A DNA stretch of 64,000 nt from Chrysemys picta bellii (lineage: Eukaryota). A program made the translations under genes and the position numbers. The notes under the pieces are model-generated. The model did not search any database. It was not told the origin of the DNA and was given only the letters and a program-made list of their open reading frames with translations. Below, in pieces: positions 21,601 through 56,409 of the stretch (position 1 is its first letter; every line of letters starts with the position of its first letter). Where the stretch lies: NCBI RefSeq assembly GCF_011386835.1, contig NC_088791.1, positions 31,682,001-31,746,000 on the forward strand, in the 5' to 3' direction.

Positions 21601-24600
21601 TTTGAGGAATTCTGCTGCTTTCAGACAGCTTACTTGATGTACTGAATAGAAAGTGACTGCAGAAGTAACTTTGTGTTCCAACACAATACTTCCAGCTATA
21701 TGAAAGATAATGCAGGATCTAAACATGGCAATACTTTCTAGATGAGGAAAGCAAACGGGCAGTTAAGTCAAATGAATTATTTTTAAGTTCTGTTTAAGTT
21801 GCACTTTAACTTTAAGGTATTGACCAATCTTATGCTGTCACCATTATAAAATCTGGCATCCTAAAAGAGGCCAAGGATTGAATTAAGACTGAACTATTCT
21901 TGCTCCATGAGGTGGTCTTTCCATGCCATAGTTGAGACTGGCTAGGTACCAAGGGGAATCTGGGCAGCACCACCACAATTCTGTACCTGTTCTGTGGAGG
22001 GGATGCAGTCTCTTCCATAGCTGTCAACCCAAAATCTTTTCACAAGCTCTAAATATATACACAGCTTAAACTAGTATTTAAGGCAGCTTCATGGTGCTGG
22101 TTCCCCAGAATAAAATTTAACTAACCTTATATTTCACATTGTGCCCAAATAAAACCTTGTTCCAGTGTAAGCCAAGCATCATCATGCCTGTCTCAAATGT
22201 TCAGTTATTTCCTCAAACTACAAATGCAAAATGCTCTTTCTTCCCAAAACCCTCCCCTTTCCCAACTCCACTATCCCACAGATTGTTAAGCTTGCAACTT
22301 TGGAATCCTCCAATTTGTCCAATTTTGTACTTTTCCCTTCACCAGGGATTGGACTGAACCAGTTCAGTGACATGCAGTACCAGCACTTCTCTGATATAGC
22401 AGTCTTGCATAAGCTTAAGCTAAAATTTTCAAATGTGGTATCCAAAAATTATTCACCAAATATGGATTGCCCATTTTTCTTCTACACTGTAGACAACTTT
22501 GACTTAATCTATTTAAATTGTAATTCCTCAGGGCAGGAACAGTGTCTTTATGTTCTGTGAGATGCCTAGCATGCTTTTAGATAATGAATAAATAAGACAT
22601 TATAGTCACAAAATGGAGAAAAATAAAGCTATCAAATGGCACTCTAGCTTTTGTTGGGCAGCTAAATGACATGAACCTTTAAGAGGTGTTCATTAAGCAT
22701 TATATTAAATACTTGCCAACTTTACTTTCCCCCAGTTCTAAACAGGCAAAGGACACCAAAACACAAGTGTCATCATTTGAAGATGATGACTTATCTCCTC
22801 CACCTATGATACCTCTTACACTTGTCTTTTCACCAGAAAAGACTACTGAAATAGCACAGAATGAAATACAAAAAGAGACTGAAATACAAAAACAGCCAGC
22901 TGAAGGAGCACAAACTAATGAGGTAGGTAAACTGAATCTATTTTTCCCTCTTGTAAAAGCTGCTGTTGAGTGAACTGCATGAAAATGTGAGCTGTCTACT
23001 AACTAAAAACTTGCTCAAATTTTGAAGTGATCTAGATTAGGCATATATGTGCCCTCTAGTGTTTGTTTATCATACCACTGAACAACATTTCTTCATTGGG
23101 ATAAATGTTCCTGGAAAACTAATTTCCGTCACCTGCACAAATAATTGCAGGTCAAATTTAAATTTGCACTCCCAGTTATCTGCACTGGAAAGTCCTTGTG
23201 TATTTATGAATCCAGTCATGAAACACAATACAATGTGGGGTAATTCTAATCATAATTATGCAATATATCTGGTTTTGGACAGTATTGAATGTCTATAAAG
23301 AACTGTTCAAACCATAAGGAAAAAAAGTCTAAACTCATATTTGCTGGAATAGCAACTTGCTTGCAGATATCAGTCATAGACCAAACTAACAATTATTCAT
23401 TGTTAGTTCAACTGTAGTTATTTTCTCTGGTATTCTGTTTACTGAATGCTGGAAGCTTGCTGTGGATTTTGTTTGATGTATGTAAATACTGGATAACAAT
23501 CAAATTGGACAGAGGTGTGACTAAAGCTAGTCATCTTATAGAACAGTTTCTTTGTCAAAATGTCGTCAGATCACAGTTGTAGGTACAAGGTTAAAACTGA
23601 ATTGAAAAACTGAAATATGAAACAATCATATTTGAAAAATATTCTCTAGCACTTATATAATACTTTACCACCTCTTCTCTGCACACTAATCCTCCCCTCA
23701 TCCACCAAGCTATGCTGCCTTTAGGATGGTCTACATATAACCTACAAACCTAAGAATTGCTTGTTGCTTTTTGTGGCTTTTCCCTGTAAGTCAATAACTG
23801 ACTTACCTACATTCTTCTGAAGGAAGCACAATAAACAGAGGAAAATAAACTATTTACTATTTCTAGGTCTTGCTGGTAGATATTGGAATAGATAAAACTC
23901 CCATTGCTGCTTTGGAATGTGAAAGCAGACCTCTCATTGACCTTTCTAACACTCCGGAAGTGAATAAAGTTATTCCATTAAAACCTAGTGTGGTAGGACA
24001 GGTAAGGTATCTCAATCTTATCTCAATCATTTGTTTCCATAAATGCATAAAAATAGTGCAAAAAACAATTGTTTGGTTGTATGAATTTGTATGTAGAATA
24101 GTTATTTCTCCCCTGTAACAATGTACTGTATATGAAATATGCTTGGCACTAGTACCTTATATTTAATCCAACACTCTTATTTAAGATGAATCCAATTTAT
24201 GGATTCTTCTTGCAGTCTCTTCCCTTTCAATCTCTAAGGTGAGTGATCATTTTGTTGTAAAACACCGCTATGAATGAGCATCAGTTCATGAATCAAGGAT
24301 CTTAATTATTCAGCTTTGCATGGCCCATTCTTGCTGTGCTGTTTTCTGGAAGTCAAAAAACTAGCTGCATCAATTATTGTTGTGGAAACACAGCTCTGTG
24401 CAGGCTCACTACACTTCTCTTAGTAGCAGTGGCATGTCATGACACTTTTTTAGTACATTTTGTGAAATTGTACAAGGGACTGGATAGAATCAGCCCATGG
24501 ACACAGCCAGTCAGGAAGTCATATACAGAGCTTTCATATTCTTGTAGAAATTAATTCTGAGGCACACCACTGCTTACTAGCCATGAACACCAATAAGGCT

Positions 24601-27600
24601 AGACTATGTTCCTGCTACTCTTCTCTGCTGTGAGACCATGTCTGTCAAAACCCCTAACCTCAGCACTGGTTTTCAGAACTGCACCAATTCAGACCAGTTT
24701 GGCATGTGGAGGTTTGTGTAAAATGGCCCATCACTCCTGATGTGGTCACCGCTCTTCAAAAGTCAAAGCAGCTGAGGCTTGAGTTTGGCTTTAAAAGTAG
24801 CTTGGTCACTAATGTGCAGGGCAATGGAGACTCTTGGCTTTCCCTCCACTGGAGCCAACATAGAAAAGCAGATATGGTGGTAGTGCACACTGACAATATT
24901 CCTAGTGTTTTCGAGGCACATTTGCACACGTTGAGTGTAGGACTTAACTAAGTAGTCATTCCATGACTTTAAAAGATGTGTTTGGGAGGGAAGGGTAAGG
25001 GGAGTAAGCTATTACCAAAATCTGTTACTGTGATTCCCTGAAACAAATGGTGCTTTTTAGGGGCAACAACTTGATAAAAACATCTAGTGAAAGTGCTGGT
25101 GCTTTTATTTTACTAATAAGTAAGGCCCAGAACCACAAAGAGACATGAGTGTCTAGAAAAATCACAGGAATACTGTGATCTGCAAAGCCTGAGTTAAGAG
25201 TAGGACTAGTGGTTAGGGTACTCGTCTAGGATGTGGGAGCCTACCAGTTTAAGTATCCCCTTCTGCCTGGATGAGGGGATTTTATATCCATTTAATCCAT
25301 ACATTTAAACAGGAGTCTCCCACTTCTCAGGTGAATGCTCTAACCTTTGGGCTGTGAGATATTCCGATGTCAGTCTCTCCTGTTGAAGCTGTTTCACTTT
25401 GGATAAAAGAACAGGAGTACTTGTGGCACCTTACAGACTAACGCAGCTGCTACTCTGAAACCTGTCATTTTGGATAAACACTTAATCATTGAAGCAGGGG
25501 GACTGGATCTTGGGTCTCGCATATCGTCAGTGACTGCTCTAACCACCCAGCTATAGGGCCCTTCTCATGCATGTGTGCTCTCTCTCTGGCCCAATTACTC
25601 TTAAAGAGTGGAACTACTGTAGAAAATAAATGTAACAGGGGTGTGTGACATTCCCCAGGGTACAATCTGGACTAATGGACAGCTGTGTCCCCCCTCAGTT
25701 CTCCAACATGGAGTGCCTTTTACACAGCTCTGCTGTCAGAGCAACCACTCCTGGTCTGCTCACATAAAGCGTGTTATCATTAAATCACTACCAGCTATAC
25801 TGTGTGAGTGCTACAGTCAGCCACCCTGGAATTACATTACAGGGCAACGCTAGAAAGCTCCTAGTCCCAAAATGTGCATTTCCCCCCAAAATGTGCATCT
25901 TGTACTGCCCAGCCCCTTCTGGACAATACAAACTCATATATAGTCTGTCATTTCATTAATAGAAGATGATTTGCACAAATCTTGTTCTCTCAAATGGAAT
26001 TTGCCAAACACTTCAGTCCAAACACACTGGTTTAGATAAAACAAGTTTATTAACTATGGAAACCTAGATTTTAAGTGATTACAAGTAATGAGGCATAAAA
26101 GAATTTGTTACAAAGAAATAAAAGGTAAAACATGACTAAAACATAACACTTAACTTAACAAGTTAAGTGAATTCAAAACAAAAGGTTTCTCACCACATGT
26201 TCTAGCAGTCTTATTGGCTGAATCTTTCAGCCACGATCCCTTCACAGTCTAATGATGCTTCCTTTGATCTTTTTCAAGTGTTGTCGATGCTGTGAGTAGA
26301 GATGAAGGGAGAGAGATCCTTTGGGGGGTTTTGTTCCCCATTTTTATCTTTTCCTCTTTTGAGAATCATCTCCAGCTGGGGTTCAGGAGACTGAAAGTCT
26401 GTGGAGTCGGAAACTTCCAGCTGTTTTTTTGACAAGATGTAAATTTCTCGCTCACATCCTTTTTCCTGCCAAAGAATGGGCGCTTAACCAGATGTTAGTC
26501 CATTTTATTTTGTTAACACCTGGCTCAGGCATCAGTTTGCCTTTTGTATTTGAGGAATTGGTCTAAACTTGGACTATGTCTCAGTAACGCTATACAGTGT
26601 TGCCACACATTTTACCAGGACAATAATGATCAGCACATGATGAATTTTCAGATGATACCTCACAAGGCATACTTTGTACAAAATCCATTATAGTTTTGTA
26701 AAAAGAGTTAACATTGGGATACAAACTATCATAGGGGGAAGGAGGAGGGAAGAGGGGCAGGTAGAACACATGTCTCTCTTTGGCATCTCCCAACAGCTAG
26801 TGGAGGTGGGGGGTGACCTACCATCCTGGCTTTTGTGAATCCCATTTTTAGGCACCCCTTTCCCTCTGTTGTACAGGAAATCTGAGTACCTAACTCTGGC
26901 TTTGAATCCCAGTGATTTTTTTTTTTTAATCTTCTAAGCACGTAAATGCTAGGTGTTGCACGGCTCAGTGTCACAACAACTGATTCACAAATGGATTTTA
27001 GCCCTAAGACTCAGTCCCCAGGTATTTTGCATAAATCCTTAGTGTAGCAAGAAAACTAGAGATCAAAAGCAAGTAAAATAGGTATGATATATTTTTTTTT
27101 TAACCTTTAGGAGCTAATTCAGTCCTGATAGACTAGCATTCTTTGATACCTTGGATCAAAGTCTTTGGGGCAGAGACTAGGTCTCCTTTTGTATAGCACC
27201 TAGCACAAGGGGCTCTGGTGCATGTGGATTCTGCTAATATTAAACTTTTACAGTTGGGTAGAGAGGCTCTAAATTGAACATTAAGTGTGGTGTAGGTATT
27301 TGTCTTCAGGCACTTGAAGAAAAGATCTTTGACTTAATAGTACTGCTGATGTTCTAGAAGTTAACTGCACTACCATTAGGGCAGAGGTGGGCAAACTACA
27401 GCCTGCGGGCCACATCCAGCCCGCAGAACCGTTCTCCCCAGCCCCTGAGTTCCTGGCCCGGGAGGCTAGCCCCAAGCCCCTCCCCTGCAGCCTCAGCTCA
27501 CTGTGCCCTCTCTGGGTTGTGGGGCTGCGAGCTCCTGGGGCAGCACAGCTGCAGAGCCCGGCCTGACCCGGTGCTCTGTGCTGCGTGGTGCATAGCTGGC

Positions 27601-28271
27601 TCCTACCAGGCAGCACAGCTGCCTGTCCTGGTGCAGCTGCGCCGCCAGCCACTGGTGCTTCAGGCAGCATGGTAAGGGGGCAGGGAGCGGGAGTGGGGGG
27701 TTGGATAGAGGGCAGGGGGGGTTGGGGTGGTGGTTGGGGGCAGGAGTGGTGGGGTTGAATGGAGGCGGGGGTTCTGGGAGCGGTCAGGTAGAAGGGGTGG
27801 TTGGATGGGGCAGAGGTCCCAGGGGCGGCAGTCAGGAAGAAGGGGGGGGGTTGGATGGGGTGTCGGGAGGCAGTTAGGGGCGGGGGTCAGGGGCAGTGGA
27901 TGGGGTCAGGAGCGGTCAGGGGACAGAGGGGGTTGGATGGGGCAGGAGCCCCCGGGGGGGGGGCAAGAAGCAGGGGAGGTTGGATAGGGGGTGGGGCCGG
28001 GCCACTCCTGGCTGTTTGGGGAGACACTTTCTGAAACCCAATGCAGCCCTCAGGACAAAAAGTTTGCCCACCCCTGCATTAGGGTAACTGGCTGAAGTTA
28101 CCTGTGTTCCTGATAGTCCTATGTGTAGAGTAACTATCAGGCTAAGATACTAGCTAAATCTTATGTCACTTCATTTCTGTCTTTCAGCTAATAGATTTGA
28201 GTTCTCCTCTTATCACCCTGAGTCCTGAAGTGAACAAAGAGAATCTGGATTCCCCTCTGCTGAAGTTCTAA
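6566..28271 (+). CDS. GTSE1: G2 and S phase-expressed protein 1 (spliced gene, 11 coding exons, 2148 nt, 715 aa)
   Basis: Exons 6566-6644, 12629-12686, 12769-13372, 14770-14919, 16067-16214, 19562-19939, 20185-20257, 20994-21245, 22736-22922, 23867-24001, 28188-28271 join in frame via GT-AG introns. Recognised motifs: LLTDEKFDFDLSLSP.S.NEDEVFVGP.GHKEKC (N-terminal), SALPTP/SGIP SxIP-type motifs, and C-terminal LIDLSSPLITLSPEVNKENLDSPLLKF*. Confidence 0.96.
6720..7003. mobile_element. Degenerate Harbinger-type MITE
   Basis: Termini resemble GGCTATGTCTACACTGCAG/CTGCAGTGTAGACATACCC, with internal AGCTAG-rich inverted segments. Confidence 0.6.
7300..7450 (-). mobile_element. Penelope terminal-repeat fragment with partial inversion and a hammerhead motif
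   Basis: 24-bp inverted arms at 7300-7323 and 7395-7418. Flanked by a direct repeat ATACTGTATATA (7288, 7451). Nearly identical to the copy at 49501. Confidence 0.88.
7352..7392 (-). ncRNA. Minimal type I hammerhead ribozyme motif (Penelope-derived)
   Basis: The minus strand reads GCAU CUGAAGA A[GUGAAGUUCUUACCCAC] GAAA GCUU AUGC: intact core, 4-bp stem I and palindromic AGCU stem III. Activity is untested. Confidence 0.6.
7454..7894. mobile_element. pogo/Tigger-type MITE with a central palindrome
   Basis: TIRs C(T/C)GTATATACT(T/C)GTTCAT ... ATGAACGAGTATATACGG, with TA flanks. Confidence 0.85.
7599..7728. repeat. Perfect 57-bp inverted repeat, 16-nt spacer
   Basis: Arm 7599-7655 is the exact reverse complement of 7672-7728 (checked base by base). 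Confidence 0.95.
8677..11201 (+). mobile_element. hAT (Buster/Charlie clade) DNA transposon, near full length, inactive
   Basis: TIRs CAGGGGTC(A/G)GCAACC, 8-bp TSD CCCTAGGC/CCTTAGGC (7/8), transposase remnants. Confidence 0.93.
9143..10987 (+). pseudogene. Disrupted hAT transposase (GTF2IRD2/EPM2AIP1-like)
   Basis: BED-like AVCTFC...FQTKH; SIGVDESVDIND (first D); VTTDGAPVMVG (second D); DCIIHQE; WWLSCGK; FGSTYTC (E lost by a frameshift). Several frameshifts and stops. Confidence 0.9.
11560..11960 (+). mobile_element. Ancient L2 RT remnant
   Basis: CTGACCCCTTCCAGTCTGGT...CACTTCACCAAAACTGCTCTGATTAAA resembles DPxQSGF...HSTETALxK. Confidence 0.45.
12629..12686 (+). CDS. GTSE1: GTSE1 coding exon 2 (DFPLLTDEKFDFDLSLSPAS)
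   Basis: ctttcag|AC ... AAG|gtaagc, 58 nt. Followed by an 82-nt intron. Confidence 0.95.
12769..13372 (+). CDS. GTSE1: GTSE1 coding exon 3 (GNEDEVFVGPLGHKEKC...HQLTVEK)
   Basis: tcttacag|T ... AAG|gtaaag, 604 nt. Matches ORF 12749..13423. Confidence 0.95.
14770..14919 (+). CDS. GTSE1: GTSE1 coding exon 4 (PKPGKKH...SSEDLLSDKSSVASD...PSQSK)
   Basis: ttgcag|CCA ... AAG|gtaatg, 150 nt, phase 0/0. Confidence 0.93.
16067..16214 (+). CDS. GTSE1: GTSE1 coding exon 5 (FGLRKTQLKPP...SSSSSSISSMNSSLNSSLSVSPIGGN)
   Basis: ttcacag|TTT ... G|gtaata, 148 nt. Confidence 0.92.
16395..16545. mobile_element. Fold-back Penelope-like terminal-repeat element (second family)
   Basis: AGGTAGGTGAGGTAATATCTTTCATTGGACCAA ... 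TTGGTCCAATAAAAGATATTATCTCAGCCCCTT inverted arms, with an eroded centre. Confidence 0.55.
17364..17835. mobile_element. hAT MITE
   Basis: TIRs CAGAGGTTCCCAAAC ... GTTAGGGAACCCCTG. The TSD is eroded. Confidence 0.75.
18572..18805. mobile_element. Palindromic hAT MITE
   Basis: Perfect 8-bp TSD GTATAGAT (18564, 18806). The whole element is an imperfect inverted repeat, and the ORF track shows similar peptides on both strands. Confidence 0.9.
19562..19939 (+). CDS. GTSE1: GTSE1 coding exon 6
   Basis: ctttcag|CT ... GAG|gtaagc, 378 nt. Matches ORF 19591..20028. Confidence 0.92.
20185..20257 (+). CDS. GTSE1: GTSE1 coding exon 7 (SSPENTASKIMEPIRLLSCGTFG)
   Basis: ttcccttag|GT ... AAG|gtaaca, 73 nt. 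Confidence 0.92.
20994..21245 (+). CDS. GTSE1: GTSE1 coding exon 8 (SxIP-type motifs SALPTP, SGIP)
   Basis: cctgtag|T ... GG|gtaaga, 252 nt. Matches ORF 20980..21249. Confidence 0.94.
22736..22922 (+). CDS. GTSE1: GTSE1 coding exon 9
   Basis: ttcccccag|T ... GAG|gtaggt, 187 nt. Encodes DDDLSPPPMIPLTLVFSPEK. Confidence 0.92.
23867..24001 (+). CDS. GTSE1: GTSE1 coding exon 10 (LLVDI, RPLIDLSNTP)
   Basis: tttctag|GTC ... CAG|gtaagg, 135 nt. Confidence 0.94.
25408..25468. mobile_element. 61-bp Penelope terminal-repeat fragment
   Basis: GGAGTACTTGTGGCACCTTACAGACTAAC...CTACTCTGAAACCTG, with a 10-bp TSD TTTGGATAAA (25398, 25469). Confidence 0.8.
25642..26733. mobile_element. Solo LTR inserted into the tRNA-head element
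   Basis: TGTGTGAC...ATCATA termini, GGGG on both flanks (possible 4-bp TSD), ~1.1 kb. Confidence 0.65.
27382..28076. mobile_element. hAT MITE with a G-rich interior
   Basis: TIRs CAG(A/G)GGTGGGCAAACT, perfect 8-bp TSD CATTAGGG (27374, 28077). Confidence 0.92.
28188..28271 (+). CDS. GTSE1: GTSE1 last coding exon (LIDLSSPLITLSPEVNKENLDSPLLKF*)
   Basis: ctttcag|CTA, TAA at 28269-28271. Recognisable conserved C-terminus with KEN box. Confidence 0.96.
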   Translation, partial: LIDLSSPLITLSPEVNKENLDSPLLKF

Positions 28272-28375
28272 ACTAAACCTTAGCTAAACCCAAAATTTAT
28301 CTTTGGACTAGCATCTGCAATTTTGATTTGATATATTAGCCATCTGAATAGGACTGTGTGGAGTGAATATCATGC

Positions 28376-28730
28376 AATAAAATCCCTTTAGTGTACTACT
28401 TGAATGTAACTTGTGTTGACAAAATGGAACTAGAATAATCTGTTCAGCAAATCCAAATTGGGAGCACTTGATTAACATGACTATCTTCATGCATTGTTGC
28501 AGATCCATGTAGTTTTAAAAAAAAAAAGTGCTGTATGTCTGCTTTAGTAAAATTATTTTAAGTCTAATTATACATAACAGTAACCTTTTTCTAAAGGTTT
28601 GCTAGCAAATAAAATTATCTAAAGTACTAAAATTAAACTGAAAATTAAAGCTAATGTGGTAGTTATCTTTGTATCTAAGGCATTTTAATGGTCTGTATAC
28701 ATATGAAACTATAGGACGTCTGGAAATAAA
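28376..28730 (+). terminator. GTSE1 candidate polyadenylation signals (3x AATAAA)
   Basis: AATAAA at 28376, 28608 and 28725 in the AU-rich 3' UTR. Confidence 0.55.
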
Positions 28731-30108
28731 ATGTTTTTGGGCCAACAAATGTGTTACATGCTAATTGTGCCATGGAATATTTCAGGAAGCTAAAATAGCT
28801 ACATTCAACAAAAGAAGCTGGATCTAATGGTGCACTTACACATAATCAGGATACTGTTAAAGGCGGTAATGTCAGAACTTTGCAAAGTTCATATAAATTG
28901 AACTGCCTGCACTGAAGGCTTTTTCTGTAACAGATTTAGAAAATGGAAAAAATGGGATCAGAGTGAAAACTGCATTAGACTAATTTTTAAATTCTGATAA
29001 CTTTGAGGTAGGGGAATATGGCAGGAACAGATAAAACAATAATGAGGTCAGCTGTAGAAAGCAAAGTAAAGGATGGGATTTGACAGCTATCTGGTCCACT
29101 GTATGAGAGATGTAATTCTAGATGTAAGAAATGATATGAAGTCAAGAATAGGACATAAAATGGGAAGAGCCAGGTATTTTAATCTGACACATCAAATGTA
29201 AAGTCTGATCTGCCCTACTTTTTGCTAGCGGTCTTGTTTGGAGGACCCAGAAATGAACTGGAAGCTTTTTAACCCTTCAGCTATCAACAGACCTGTATTC
29301 TGATGTCCATGGTAACAACTGCAACTCAGCCTGTCTAAACTATAAAAGCAAAAGTTGAAGACAAAGCCTGCTATAGCTGAATTGTTTAGATTTAAAACTC
29401 CTGATAAAGGTTCTTTAAGGCTCCTGGTAAATCCATGGGTTCATATGACTAGCTGAAAGATTCTAGAAGTAGGAAGACACTTTTGAAATCACTAAAATGT
29501 TTCAGTTGATGTTATGGGTTGAGGCCACCTTCTCTTCGATATGGTGTATCTGGATCAGGGGGCAAATCTGGACTACTCGATGCTTTTGAATGGATCCTGA
29601 ATTTTTTTATTTAGTTATTCTTATTATCCTCTATTATTGTTGCTGGGTTTATTATTATTTTCTCTGGAGTCTGGACCTTGACAAAAAAAATTGACTGTTC
29701 CTGGCTTAGGCCTACATCCTGATCAGACTAGCCAGAGAGGGAACCAATAGCATTACTACCAGCTTTGACTAAATCCTGAGCACTGCTTGGCATGTGAGAC
29801 TTGGGTCCTGGCTCTCCAACTCCCTCAGGTCGTGGGCCAAGAGGGCAGGAAACCTGGGTCCCCTCCTTAGGAAAATTCTGGTTGTGCCCCATGCTATAGA
29901 ATTTCACAAAGCTCAATCTTCCGTCTATACCATCGAACAGTATATGAAACAGATCCATCACTCACCTTGACCACTACTTTGTCAAATGTCAACACGATCC
30001 CCTAGCTTTCTCCACACCATCATGTCTGACTTACTCCATGTGGCTTGAGGCTGCATAACTCCCAGTTTCTATGTAGTGTGAGACCTTTTGGAAATCCATT
30101 CCCTAGAG

Positions 30109-31061
30109 CGGGGGTTCCCAAAGATGGGCTGTGACACAGTCCCGGATGGTCTGCCAGCACAACTCCATTCTCCAGTCAAGCTCTTAGTAAATCTCTAATT
30201 CCATGTGACTCATGTAACCCAAGTAAAGCAATATAAATGTAATGTTTTGAAATGTATATATGACAGAATTTAGAAATCTTTAGTTAAAAAAAACAAGCTG
30301 CAACATGTCAACTTTATGTCAACCTGAGTACAACTGTGTTTCACGGCCAGGTAACCTAGCAACATACATACAGTCCACCATTTACAACTGTAAAAAATAG
30401 TAAGCAGTATTTCAACCTCACATGGATTGATTTATTTTTCAAAAGCAAGAAGGGTGATAGAGAAGTCCTGGACCACCTACAGCTATGCAAAATTAGCCAG
30501 CCAAAAAACAAAGTGGTAAGAAAATATGACAACACATACTTAAAGTTTGGATTCTCCTTCATGGGATTGGATGAGTATCCATTACTTCAGTGTGTTATAT
30601 AACTTATTTTAGATTTTAATAATATTTTATTTTCTAATTAGTAGAGAGCAGGGTTGAGTCTTTACTTAGCACAGAAATTGAGATTTTACACTAAAAAGAT
30701 TGAAAACAATATAGTTCAAAGTTGGACAGCTATTTTGTTTTAAAATTAACAATTTAACAATTTTAGTAACATTGTGTTGCTTATTGTTCAGTTTTATACA
30801 TTGTGTTTTTCCTGTTTGAACACCACATCCTACTCTCAACATGTAACTGGACTAACCCTGTTTGGCTTTGAAGATCTCGAAGGATTTCTCTCATTACAAT
30901 TGTTTACATTAAAATGAAAAGGACCCCAGACATTGTTTATTTGCAGTGTTATAGTTTGTGCATGTCATAATTACAATTAATAATTTGCCTTAAGAAGAGT
31001 TAATAAGTGGGCCACTGTGCTTATTACAGCTGGGCCTCGGGGGGGAAGTTTGAGAACCCTG
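30109..31061 (+). mobile_element. Internally deleted hAT-Charlie/Buster element
   Basis: Perfect TSD CCCTAGAG (30101, 31062). TIR-like C(G/A)GGGGTTCCCA/TGAGAACCCTG. A transposase N-terminal remnant RKYDNTYLKFGF...LLQCVI lies at ~30520-30600. Confidence 0.88.
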
Positions 31062-31735
31062 CCCTAGAGGAAATTTCAGGATGGGCTCCCGTATAACAGC
31101 TCTGCTTGAGGCTGCGCTGCCCTCTGCCACTCAGGGGCTGTCTGGGGGAACTTCCTACCTCGCGACCCGACTCGAGCCTAACTCTTCCTTCTGGGCAGGG
31201 GGGCGAGCTCCCTCGCCCTACTCCCCCAGCACCAAGCTGCCAGTCCAGGCGGCTGGGAGAGCGCAGGGCTGCTAGGCCCCAGCTGCTGGCTCTGTCGGCA
31301 GGGGACCAGACCCCAAGCAAGCCCTACTGCGGGAACTCACAGCAAACGCATTTCTACACGGAGGGAGGCTGCACACGCTTCTTAACACCCCCTGACCGCC
31401 CCCAGCAGAGCCCCGGGTGGGGGACAGCAGGTAGAGCCCTGCACCGAGCCAGCGCACGGTGCCGAGTCTCCTCCTTTCTCCGCGCCCCTCCCCCGGTGGG
31501 GGCGGCGACGGCTCTAGGTGAGGGGCGGGTTCGCCTCCGTCCGAGCCCGAGTCAGTGTGCTCGGGAGAGCTGCTCCCTGCCGGCGGCTAGTGCTGGCTGC
31601 AGGGCACGTTCCCGTCCGCCCCGCCCCCTGCTGCCCTAGGTGGCGCGACCAGTCCCGCGGGCCAGGCAGGCGCCGGAAGGGGAGAGCGGGAGTGGGAGCG
31701 GGGCGGGCGCCCCTGTAAGCAGCCCGGGCCCGGAG

Positions 31736-55899
<24,164 letters not shown>

Positions 55900-56409
55900 T
55901 TCATGCATTTTTCTTGATTGAAAGACTTTTGGGAAACTGGAGCCTTAAAATAAGGAGAACAACAACACATGCACAAACACATTTTCTCTGACAAACTATA
56001 ACTTCTAAAGGTTGAATTATGACAGTCCTGTCATAGTATTTGACTGATGATTGACTGATGAGAGGGTTTTTGGACAAAAACAGTTTTGATATGGTTTCAT
56101 TAAAAGAGGTCAGTAAGATACTTCAAATAAGTAACAGAAACATAGTATACAAAAAGATGGGCATGACTGGATGAGAGACATCCTGGCAGTTTCAAGATCA
56201 GCATTTTCATGTTTTCAGAATGGGGTTAACTGTAAACCAAGTATTTAATGTTAGTCATTCTAATATAAATACACTGTTTATGTACTACTCTGTTCTAGAA
56301 ATTTATGAAAGTTTCTACAGCTTGAAAAAGCTACTTTTCCCCTCTGTTTCTTATGCTGTGATATCAGCCTTGTGGTAGAGAACTCCTTATTAATGAATTT
56401 TCAATATGT

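Noticed and set aside
29728-30060. Minus-strand consensus donor CAAG|GTGAGT (29960-29969) and a 77-aa ORF between the genes (possible divergent TRMU lncRNA)
   Set aside because: An isolated donor is expected by chance. No matching acceptor or homology could be established.
31640-31735. In-frame GTG 32 codons upstream of the TRMU ATG (possible N-terminal extension)
   Set aside because: It is a non-AUG start in GC-rich sequence. The extension is acidic and Gly/Ser-rich rather than targeting-peptide-like, and the TSS is unknown.
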